A stretch of 64,000 bases of DNA from an uncultured cyanobacterium (lineage in GTDB: Bacteria > Cyanobacteriota > Cyanobacteriia > Cyanobacteriales > CAWUOF01): positions 1,504,001 to 1,568,000 of the forward strand of contig CAVUSO010000001.1 of the NCBI GenBank assembly GCA_963744145.1, in the 5' to 3' direction. The notes under the pieces are model-generated. The model had not been told where the DNA came from and made no database searches. It saw only the letters and a list, made by a program, of their open reading frames with translations. This document shows, one piece after another, positions 1 through 8,175 of this stretch; position 1 is the first letter of the stretch; each line of letters begins with the position of its first letter. Made by a program: the position numbers and the translations under genes.

Positions 1-1041
1 GAAAAAAGATTAAGACAAATATTAATGAATCTAGTAGGAAATGCCGTAAAATTTACAGAGCGCGGTAGTGTAACCTTAGAAACACAAGTATTACAAAAAC
101 ATGATGATAATGTCACAATTCGCTTTAGTGTTAGTGATACGGGAATTGGGATGACACCAGAACAAGTAGCCAAAATTTTTCTACCCTTTGAACAAGCTGG
201 GTCAGTATCTAAGCGACATGAAGGTACAGGATTGGGGTTAGCAATTTCTACAAAAATTGTACAGATGATGGGTAGTAAAATAGAACTAACTAGCACATTA
301 AATCAAGGTAGTAAATTTTGGATTGATCTCAAATTAATAATTTCTCAAGATTGGATTAGCACTGCTAGTCACAGCAGCAAAGGTAAAATTGCGGGTTATG
401 TTGGTGAACAGAAAAAAATCTTAGTAGTAGATGATAAAGAAGTAAATAGGGAAGTTTTAGTAGAGGTATTAAGACCATTAGGATTTATGATAGAAGAAGC
501 AGAAAACGGTGCAGAAGCATTAGAAAAAACCTTTTCTTTTCGACCAGACTTAATTATTACGGATATTGTTATGCCCGTAATGAATGGTTATGATTTCACC
601 CGTGAAGTTCGTCAGAAATATTTGCAAACAATACCGATTATTGCTTGTTCTGCTAGTGTTTCAGCTACTGATCGAGATTTAGCGATCGCATCCGGTTGTA
701 ATGATTTTATTGCTAAACCTGTCGAGATGGAAACTTTATTTACAATGTTACAACAATATTTGAAATTAAAATGGATTTATGAACAGCAGAAAGGGTTAAC
801 ATTAATAGATACTGAGGAAGAGAAAGAAATGGTTTTTCCTCAAGTAGAAGAAGTAATTAAGTTATATGAAGCTGCTCGAATTGGAGATGTTGATACGATT
901 AAAAGTGAAGCTGAAAGATTAGCACAAAGTAAACCGCAATATCAGCTTTTTGCGGCTCAAATTATTGAGCTTGCTGACCAATTTGATGATATTGGTATTA
1001 TGCGAATGATGCAGTCTATTTTAAATTCACCAACCAAGTAA
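1..1041 (+). CDS. Hybrid sensor histidine kinase/response regulator, C-terminal part (HATPase_c + receiver); 5' end outside window
   Basis: Frame open from base 1 (EKRLRQILMNLVGNAVKFT N-box); DTGIG and GTGLGL G-boxes; receiver motifs ILVVDD, DIVMP, KP. Confidence 0.93.
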   Translation, partial: EKRLRQILMNLVGNAVKFTERGSVTLETQVLQKHDDNVTIRFSVSDTGIGMTPEQVAKIFLPFEQAGSVSKRHEGTGLGLAISTKIVQMMGSKIELTSTLNQGSKFWIDLKLIISQDWISTASHSSKGKIAGYVGEQKKILVVDDKEVNREVLVEVLRPLGFMIEEAENGAEALEKTFSFRPDLIITDIVMPVMNGYDFTREVRQKYLQTIPIIACSASVSATDRDLAIASGCNDFIAKPVEMETLFTMLQQYLKLKWIYEQQKGLTLIDTEEEKEMVFPQVEEVIKLYEAARIGDVDTIKSEAERLAQSKPQYQLFAAQIIELADQFDDIGIMRMMQSILNSPTK

Positions 1042-1177
1042 TACCAATTTAATGTGAATTTGCATAGAGCTAGATCCCCCTAAATCCCCCTTAAAAAGGG
1101 GGACTTTAAATTCATGCTCCCCCTTTTTAAGGGGGCTGGGGGGATCAATTCTATGCACCCTCATCAAAAATTGGTAT
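1041..1177. mobile_element. MITE-like element with ATACCAATT...AATTGGTAT ends and internal CCCCCTTAAAAAGGGGG palindromes
   Basis: Terminal inverted repeat; same ends recur at 42344-42588. Confidence 0.65.
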
Positions 1178-1248
1178 AAGCAGTTGAGTAAAATCTCTAA
1201 AAAGCTACTTTTTGGTGAGCTGATTTGTAAGCATTATACATTTTTCGG

Positions 1249-1983
1249 TCATTCTGTTTTTAACCATTCTTGGTGAATTCTATTTGCTTCATTTGCAGAT
1301 AAGCTACCAGCTAATTTACCATTTTGCCAGAGCATACAATCATAGTCAAGCGATCGCCATCCAATCGTCATTCGGACTAACCCATCTGTCTGATCAGAGA
1401 TAAAGCTGTCAGCACCATGTTCACATTCAATATTATCAAATACCAATAAATCACCAGCTTCAGCGGATACTACTTCACTAGAACCATCTGAATAGAAAAG
1501 TCTTGTACCACCACTAGAGGTATGATTAACCAGAGTCAGGACTGCAACATATTTAGGTCTAATTGCATCAATGATATTTAAGGAATTATCTTCATTCACT
1601 TGAAAAGCTTGGAATTCACCATCAAAATGTTTACTCACAGGACTATTTGCTTGATGATAGAGCTGGATATTGAACAAGAGTCTAGTGGTGAGATCCGGAA
1701 TGTTCAAATAGGTTAAAATTTGATAGTTTAGATTAGCTATTTCCGGGGAACATTCAGCGATCAATTCGGTTCTAATTGCAGGTAAATCACCAGGGTGAGA
1801 TGCACTCCAAACATTAAAAGCGTAAGAATTACGTCCAGGTTTCTCATCGGAAAAATATGCAGAATGTTCGCGGAGATGATCTTCATTATAAAATCTATCA
1901 ATGATTTTATAAGTCCCGTTAATATAAGCTTCTAAGGACTGATTGCTGAGAAAATTTTTATAGAGAATATAGCGTAATGTCAT
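1249..1983 (-). CDS. 2OG-Fe(II) dioxygenase superfamily protein
   Basis: HxD (KHFDGE), distal His (CEHGAD), 2OG-binding Arg (RMTIGWRS), GGT and GDLLVFDN strands; ATGA overlap with upstream kinase. Confidence 0.8.
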   Translation of the reverse strand: MTLRYILYKNFLSNQSLEAYINGTYKIIDRFYNEDHLREHSAYFSDEKPGRNSYAFNVWSASHPGDLPAIRTELIAECSPEIANLNYQILTYLNIPDLTTRLLFNIQLYHQANSPVSKHFDGEFQAFQVNEDNSLNIIDAIRPKYVAVLTLVNHTSSGGTRLFYSDGSSEVVSAEAGDLLVFDNIECEHGADSFISDQTDGLVRMTIGWRSLDYDCMLWQNGKLAGSLSANEANRIHQEWLKTE

Positions 1984-2546
1984 AGATTCACTCCCACAAA
2001 TTTGAGAATATATTCAGGGGTACACTCGGCATTTTTTATTAAAAATATTTGGGTATATTGCTCAAACCATGCTTTCATTTTTGCTTGCATCTCTAAACAT
2101 TGTTCAAGCGTTTCATATCTACCACTTTGATGATAGCGTCGGCGATATTCAGATTCCTCCAGTTCGATAAAAAAGTTAAATATTTTAAAATCGTGTTGTT
2201 TGATTAGGTATTCTTCCCATTCTATTATAGCAGAGATGAGATGGGGAAAGGAATGCTCAGAGTAGTAGTTAGCGTAAAAAGCTGATAACATTAAACAGGT
2301 ATCAGATACGGCTAATTGGTATTTACTGGAAATTAAAGCTGTGATATAATGGCTTTGGTTTCCTAATACTGCTAACTGACCCAGCGGTGAGATCGGGATT
2401 TTTCTGATTGCCCAATCTTTAATAAATTCAGTAATCAGATGGGAATTAATCCCAGCTCGAGCAGTAGAAGCATAAATATCTGCTGCTAGGGTAGATTTAC
2501 CAACCCCTGGAGTACCAATCAAATTGATAATTTTAATGACTGTCAT
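1980..2546 (-). CDS. P-loop NTPase / putative nucleotide kinase (NadR/AAA_28-like, phage-type)
   Basis: N-terminal Walker A GTPGVGKST, VSDT strand, lid-like YHQSGRYE; 188 aa. Confidence 0.75.
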   Translation of the reverse strand: MTVIKIINLIGTPGVGKSTLAADIYASTARAGINSHLITEFIKDWAIRKIPISPLGQLAVLGNQSHYITALISSKYQLAVSDTCLMLSAFYANYYSEHSFPHLISAIIEWEEYLIKQHDFKIFNFFIELEESEYRRRYHQSGRYETLEQCLEMQAKMKAWFEQYTQIFLIKNAECTPEYILKFVGVNL

Positions 2547-2617
2547 TCCGAAAATAAGTTTTTGGTGGTAATTATATTATATTCTAAGTAAGTACAGGAG
2601 AAATCAGGGAGTAGTAA

Positions 2618-4405
2618 ATGTTCAAAAATTCCACCCATGCTTTTTGGTCAGGGTTAAGAACCATTTGGGAAACAGGAGCAACAATTACAGTGCGATCGCA
2701 AGAGACCAAAGAAGTGCGATCGCATCTGTGCAAAATTGCAGCTCCCTTAGAACGAGTTTATGTTATTCCCGATCGCCATAATAACATATTCGCTCAAATT
2801 GCCGAAAGTTTGTGGGTGATGGGAGGACGTAATGATCTGGAATTTTTATCCCCTTATTTACCCCGTGCGATTAATTTTTCTGATGATGGTAAAGTCTGGA
2901 GAGGTGCTTATGGTGCGAGATTAAGAAACTGGAAATGTTTCAACTCCGCTCAACATCCAGGTTTCGACTCCGCTCAACCTACAGGGTTTGACTCCGCTCA
3001 ACATTCAGGTTTCGACTCCGCTCAACCTACAGGGATAGATCAAATTAAAGAAGTAGTAAATATTTTAAATCAAGATCCCCATAGTCGTCGGGCTGTGATG
3101 ATTATATTTGATCCTGCACAAGATTATATAAACAGTAAAGATATTCCTTGTAACAATTGGCTTCATTTTCTGATTAGGGAAGGAAAACTTCATCTAAATG
3201 TATCCCTACGTTCTAATGATATTTGGTGGGGATTTTCAGGAATTAATACTTATGAATGGAGTGTCTTACAAGAAATGATCGCTTTTTGGACTGGTACTCA
3301 AGTAGGTGAGTATAGTCACTTTGCTAGTTCCTTTCATTTATACGATCGGCACTATCAATCAGCCCAAAAGATTCTAGCAAATACACCAGCTCAAACTTTA
3401 TATGATTTTGGGTTTACTCCTCCAAATTTTAGCACTCCTCTAACAGAGTTTGATCGGATAATGGAGGAATGGTTTGCGATCGAAAATAGAATGCGTCAAG
3501 GAAAATTCGACCTGACTCAAGCAATTAATAATTTTCCGGACAATTTGCTGAGAAATAGTTTAGAAATGCTAGAGATTTATAATCGCTTTTCTCACGGTGC
3601 TGCTCAGGAAGAAATAGTCAGATTAATAGAAGATTTACCAAGTAATGATTTTAAAGTTGCAGCAATTGAATATTTTTCCCGGAAATTTAAAAATCGACAG
3701 TTAATTAAACTAGAAGAGCAAGAGCGAGAATTTTTCCAATATTTTTGGTCAGACACTTTTTCTAGTAAGAAAGTAACTTGGATAGATTCCATTAATCATA
3801 ATCTGGTTGATAGATTTACCGCAATTTTCGCTCAATTAAGTATTCTGCACTATAAAAAAAGCTTGGTTTATAAAGATAGTTGGAAAAAGCATGGTGAGGT
3901 ACTAGGAGTTTTTTCAAATATCACCAGAAAATACGATCGAATTGAAACTGTATTCACTGAAGGGGTCAAAGCAACTTCCGATGAATCACTATTAGATACG
4001 ATCGCAGATTTAGCTGTTTATGCTACTAAATATCTTACTTACTTAGCCGAACATTATGAATCTATTTTCCAAGAATTTATTGAGCAATATTTACCAGCAG
4101 ATTCCATTGAAAACTACTACTATAATGAAGGTTTTGATGCAGTTGTAAAGATTTTAATTAAACGCTATAAAAGCACAAATAAATGGGAAGCGATCTCAAA
4201 TTATCCTGATTGCTTTACCACAATAAAAACTCATTACAAGGGATTAGAAGATGTACTAATCAATGGAGATTGGCGCAAAAGTGATCCTCGAAAATGTTCA
4301 CTAGCTGCGGATTTAGCAATTAGTGCAATGCACTATCTGGTCCTAGTATCAATGATTGAACCAGAAGATTTTAAACGGATTGTTAGCTTTATTGAAACCC
4401 TATGA
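2618..4405 (+). CDS. Thymidylate-synthase-fold enzyme (dUMP hydroxymethylase-like) fused to C-terminal DUF1599/Nmad1-like alpha-helical domain
   Basis: GAYGARLR, SRRAV, catalytic KDIPCN, RSNDIWWGFSGIN, SFHLY; C-terminal KKSLVYKDSW...RKYDRI...ESLLDTIADLAVY. Confidence 0.8.
   Translation: MFKNSTHAFWSGLRTIWETGATITVRSQETKEVRSHLCKIAAPLERVYVIPDRHNNIFAQIAESLWVMGGRNDLEFLSPYLPRAINFSDDGKVWRGAYGARLRNWKCFNSAQHPGFDSAQPTGFDSAQHSGFDSAQPTGIDQIKEVVNILNQDPHSRRAVMIIFDPAQDYINSKDIPCNNWLHFLIREGKLHLNVSLRSNDIWWGFSGINTYEWSVLQEMIAFWTGTQVGEYSHFASSFHLYDRHYQSAQKILANTPAQTLYDFGFTPPNFSTPLTEFDRIMEEWFAIENRMRQGKFDLTQAINNFPDNLLRNSLEMLEIYNRFSHGAAQEEIVRLIEDLPSNDFKVAAIEYFSRKFKNRQLIKLEEQEREFFQYFWSDTFSSKKVTWIDSINHNLVDRFTAIFAQLSILHYKKSLVYKDSWKKHGEVLGVFSNITRKYDRIETVFTEGVKATSDESLLDTIADLAVYATKYLTYLAEHYESIFQEFIEQYLPADSIENYYYNEGFDAVVKILIKRYKSTNKWEAISNYPDCFTTIKTHYKGLEDVLINGDWRKSDPRKCSLAADLAISAMHYLVLVSMIEPEDFKRIVSFIETL
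2938..3033 (+). repeat. Four tandem 24-bp units (core TTCGACTCCGCTCA) in frame inside the TS-like gene
   Basis: Translates as FNSAQHPG FDSAQPTG FDSAQHSG FDSAQPTG. Confidence 0.92.
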
Positions 4406-4528
4406 TTTGATGAAAAGCCTTAGTCATGGTGGATTTTTATTGTTCATTGTGTTTGAGCCAGTAAAAAATTGATAGAATAGAGGTAGTTAATCATCAATTT
4501 AGCCCCCCAATAGAGCAGGATTAGTAGC

Positions 4529-5398
4529 ATGGTTCAACAACTCCAACCAGAAATTATTTACCCGGAAAGCGACGGTCAACCAATGGCTGATAACACCGAA
4601 CAATTTAACTGGATTGTGATTATTAAAGAGAATTTAGAACGATTATTTGCTGGAATAGTTAATGTATTTATCGCGGGGAATCTGCTCTGGTATCCAGTCC
4701 AGGGAAGTTTACAGTCAATGGCACCCGATGTGATGGTCATCTTTGGTAGACCAAAAGGTAAAAGGGGTTCTTATCAACAATGGCTCGAAGCAAATATTCA
4801 CCCTCAAGTCGTCTTTGAAATTTTGTCTCCCAGCAATAAAGCTGCCGAAATGTCGAATAAATTCCTATTGTATCAACAATATGGGGTGGAAGAATATTAT
4901 ATTTATGATCCCCAACGAGTAGAATTGAGTGGCTTTTTACGTCGAGGAGAAATCTTAGAAGCGATCGACCAGATCCAAGGATGGGTTAGTCCCCGATTAG
5001 GAATCAGATTTGAACTCAAACCAGACACTTTGGAGATTTATCGTCCCGATGGAGAGAAGTTTCTTACCTCGATCGAACTCGATCAACTCACTCAGCAAGA
5101 ACGTCAACGTGCTGAACAAGAACATCAACGTGCTGAACAAGAACATCAACGTGCTGAGGTCGCTATGACCCAGCTTGAGCAAGAACGTCTTCGTGCTGAA
5201 CAAGAACGTCTTCGTGCTGAACAAGAACGTCTTCGTGCTGAACAAGAACATCAACGTGCTGAACAAGAACGTCTTCGTGCTGAACAAGAACATCAACGTG
5301 CTGAGGTCACTATGACCCAGCTTGAGCAAGAAAGACAGAATTATCAAGTTTTGCTGGCACTATTGCAAGCAAAGGGGATTGATTTAGAACAATTATAG
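4529..5398 (+). CDS. Uma2 family (DUF820) putative endonuclease with heptad coiled-coil tail, copy 1 (289 aa)
   Basis: YPESDGQPMADNT, APDVMV, VFEILSP, GVEEYY motifs; (RAEQERL/RAEQEHQ)n tail. Confidence 0.9.
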   Translation: MVQQLQPEIIYPESDGQPMADNTEQFNWIVIIKENLERLFAGIVNVFIAGNLLWYPVQGSLQSMAPDVMVIFGRPKGKRGSYQQWLEANIHPQVVFEILSPSNKAAEMSNKFLLYQQYGVEEYYIYDPQRVELSGFLRRGEILEAIDQIQGWVSPRLGIRFELKPDTLEIYRPDGEKFLTSIELDQLTQQERQRAEQEHQRAEQEHQRAEVAMTQLEQERLRAEQERLRAEQERLRAEQEHQRAEQERLRAEQEHQRAEVTMTQLEQERQNYQVLLALLQAKGIDLEQL

Positions 5399-5544
5399 CA
5401 ACTTGTCATGGCGTTTGATAGATTTGGTCATAAATTCTCTTAACCATCGGCTTTTGGTGGCGATCGGTATTCAACGGTGAAGAAATTTACTATATGTTTT
5501 CCAGTGCTGTTCACACACATAGTACCGAATTTATCAATCGAAAG

Positions 5545-6561
5545 CTAAAGTTGCCAAATTTTTACCAGACAATCCCCACCCACACTAACAAAAGTTTTAC
5601 CATCTGGGCTAATTGCTATATCACAAACCGCGCCTGAGTGTTCGGCATAAGTTTCTAATAATTCTCCAGTATTCACACACCATTTTTTAATAGTTGAATC
5701 CTTACTACCACTGAAAAGGAGTTTACCATCAGGACTAAATATTAAAGCATAAATATAGCCTGTATGCCCGCAAAAAGTCCGTAATAACTCCCCGTTAGAT
5801 AATTGTAATAACTCAATTATAGGTTGTTTAATACCGTTTTTCTTATGGTAGCTATAAGCAAATATTTTACTATCGTTACTGATAGTCATAGTACCTGATA
5901 TCCAAATGTCTACGCTACGAATCTTACGAATTAATTTTCCTGTTTTTAAATCATATAAATTTATCCATTTGTCTTTTTCAGTAATAAATAGTTTACGATC
6001 AGGAGTAATCGCGAAAAATGTATCATGTTGCGGATACATATCTAGTTCATATATTTCTAGTTGATAAATTTGTTTTTTTGTTGGTAGATCCCATACACTT
6101 ACATAACCTTCACCATAAAGAAGTAATATTTCACTATCTATGCCAATAACATCAGTACCATTATAACGATTCATCAGATCGAAATTACCTAAAGATTCTA
6201 TTGATGTTAGTTCCATCTTTAGCTCTCGCTTTATATAATATTGCTTTATATAATAACGATCCATCTCGAAATTACCTAAAGATTCCCCGGACTTTAAATC
6301 CCATAACATAATTATTTTTTCAGGTCCTCCACAGACAAGAGTTTGCCCATCTGGACTAATCGCTAGACAAGTGGCTCCATCATGATATTCTTTATGAACA
6401 TTAATAGTTTGCATTAATTCTCCTGTTGATAAATTCCATTGCTTGATAGTTCTATCACGACTTGCAGTAAAACAAGTTTGACTATCTGGTGTAATCACAA
6501 CAGACGTAACAATTGCGTTAATTAATGGATGATTGTGTCTAATACTATGAATACATTTCAT
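5545..6561 (-). CDS. WD40 repeat protein
   Basis: Repeated ISPDG...SGS.D.TIK.W units; short internal duplication ESLGNF. Confidence 0.9.
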   Translation of the reverse strand: MKCIHSIRHNHPLINAIVTSVVITPDSQTCFTASRDRTIKQWNLSTGELMQTINVHKEYHDGATCLAISPDGQTLVCGGPEKIIMLWDLKSGESLGNFEMDRYYIKQYYIKRELKMELTSIESLGNFDLMNRYNGTDVIGIDSEILLLYGEGYVSVWDLPTKKQIYQLEIYELDMYPQHDTFFAITPDRKLFITEKDKWINLYDLKTGKLIRKIRSVDIWISGTMTISNDSKIFAYSYHKKNGIKQPIIELLQLSNGELLRTFCGHTGYIYALIFSPDGKLLFSGSKDSTIKKWCVNTGELLETYAEHSGAVCDIAISPDGKTFVSVGGDCLVKIWQL

Positions 6562-6565
6562 AAAT

Positions 6566-6985
6566 GCGATCGCTTAATTCACGTAATCTACAAAGCTTTA
6601 ATACAGATCGCTAACATAATATCAGGACTTACGCAGTTGACGCAAGACACAGCCAATGGACCTCGCTGGTAAGAGCGGACTGCCTCACGCACAATGCTAG
6701 TACCAGGACTCATACCAACTGATACCAGTGTTTACCCATAATCATTATCTTAGGTGTACTCACTCATCATTATAGTTGATTTACTCCTGCTACCTACTCC
6801 TATCTTAAAGATGCGATCGCACCCATTCTCTCCAAGCTCGAATTATAGTAGTATCATCTCGAGTTTCGACCAATGGCAAAAACTGATTAATAATTGCGAT
6901 CGAGCCGATGGGAAAAGTAGAACTATATTCAGAGCTGATCTATTAAATTTTATTTCAACAACGATTAAACCATTAGGCGATCGCC
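6566..6985. repeat. Mosaic of fragments homologous to 21355-21510, 21974-22310 and 18630-18775; includes a 3' remnant of the Uma2 gene at 22173
   Basis: Direct nucleotide similarity, e.g. gatgcgatcgcacccattctctccaagctc at about 6810 and 22184. Confidence 0.8.
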
Positions 6986-7074
6986 GGTCAAATTGTGTTT
7001 GAGCCAGTCAAGAATTGATAGAATAGGGAGAGTTAATCATCAACTTAGCCCCCCAACAGCTTAGGAGTAGTAGC

Positions 7075-7860
7075 ATGGTCCAACAACTCCAACCAGAAAT
7101 TATCTATCCTGAGAGCGACGGTCAACCGATGGCTGATAACACCGAACAATTTAACTGGATTGTCATTATTAAAGAGAATTTAGAAAGATTATTTGCTGGG
7201 GTAGTTAATGTATTTATCGCGGGTAACCTGCTCTGGTATCCAGTCCAGGGAAGTTTACAATCAGCAGCACCCGATGTCATGGTCATCTTTGGTAGACCAA
7301 AAGGTAAACGCGGCTCTTATCAACAATGGCTCGAAGCAAATATTCACCCTCAAGTCGTCTTTGAAATTTTGTCTCCCAGCAATAGCGCTACCGAAATGTC
7401 GAATAAATTCCTCCTTTATCAACAATATGGGGTGGAAGAATATTACATTTATGATCCCCAAGGAGTGGAATTGAGTGGCTTTTTGCGTCGAGGAGAAATC
7501 TTAGAAGCGATCGAGCAGATCCAAGGATGGGTTAGTCCCAGATTAGGGATCAGATTTGAACTCAAACCAGACACTTTGGAGATTTATCGTCCCGATGGAG
7601 AGAAATTTCTTACCTCGATCGAACTCGATCAACTCACTCAGCAAGAGCGTCAACGTGCTGAACAAGCTATGACCCAGCTTGAGCAAGAACGTCAACTTAT
7701 TCAACAAGAACGTCTTCGTGCTGAACAAGAACATCAACGTGCTGAACAAGAACGTCTTCGTGCTGAGGTCGCTATAACCCAGCTTGAGCAAGAAAGACAG
7801 AATTATCAAGCTTTACTAGCACTATTGCAAGCCAAGGGTATTGATTTAGAACAATTATAA
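7075..7860 (+). CDS. Uma2 family protein, copy 2 (261 aa)
   Basis: Near-identical to copy 1. Confidence 0.9.
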   Translation: MVQQLQPEIIYPESDGQPMADNTEQFNWIVIIKENLERLFAGVVNVFIAGNLLWYPVQGSLQSAAPDVMVIFGRPKGKRGSYQQWLEANIHPQVVFEILSPSNSATEMSNKFLLYQQYGVEEYYIYDPQGVELSGFLRRGEILEAIEQIQGWVSPRLGIRFELKPDTLEIYRPDGEKFLTSIELDQLTQQERQRAEQAMTQLEQERQLIQQERLRAEQEHQRAEQERLRAEVAITQLEQERQNYQALLALLQAKGIDLEQL

Positions 7861-7862
7861 CA

Positions 7863-8042
7863 CAATACGGTTTAGTTAATTGTAGGGGCGTTTGCCTACG
7901 ACACGCTGCGCGAACGCGTAGCGTGCCGTAGGCATAGCATTCGGGCGACAATTGAACAATTAGAACCAATAATATTATATCCGAATGCTTCGCCCTTCTT
8001 CGCCGAGATATCCCAAAAAAAGATGGTAACTGAACCGTATTG
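7863..8042. mobile_element. MITE with IS4-type ends (CAATACGGTTTAGTTA...TAACTGAACCGTATTG)
   Basis: IRs resemble those of the IS at 33461; 10-bp TSD aattataaca/aattatagca (1 mismatch). Confidence 0.85.
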
Positions 8043-8175
8043 AATTATAGCAACGTTTGATCATTAATTTTCAGTAAGCACTTTCCCGTAATTGCGATCG
8101 CGGTTCAGTCATCTCCATTTAAACTTGACTCTATAAAGGATAATAAAGTGATCTGGAAAACTAGAATATCATTAT

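Noticed and set aside
1197..1251. Possible longer original C-terminus of the dioxygenase past the TGA
   Set aside because: Would require both a nonsense change and a frameshift; the catalytic motifs are already complete; unsupported without homologues
2938..3033. Possible mini-CRISPR array
   Set aside because: Units are contiguous 24-mers without unique spacers, lie in frame in a CDS, and no cas genes are present
2618..4405. Housekeeping thyA
   Set aside because: Motifs differ from canonical ThyA and the protein has a large extra domain, so the symbol was withheld
5090..5335. 21-bp repeats as CRISPR or DGR repeats
   Set aside because: They encode coiled-coil heptads; no reverse transcriptase and no adenine-specific variation pattern seen
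4997..5347. Antisense ORFs over the Uma2 tails (also 7543-7809, 19332-19556)
   Set aside because: Shadow frames of low-complexity repeats
6754..7002. 82-aa plus-strand ORF
   Set aside because: Antisense to a Uma2 remnant within a mosaic repeat
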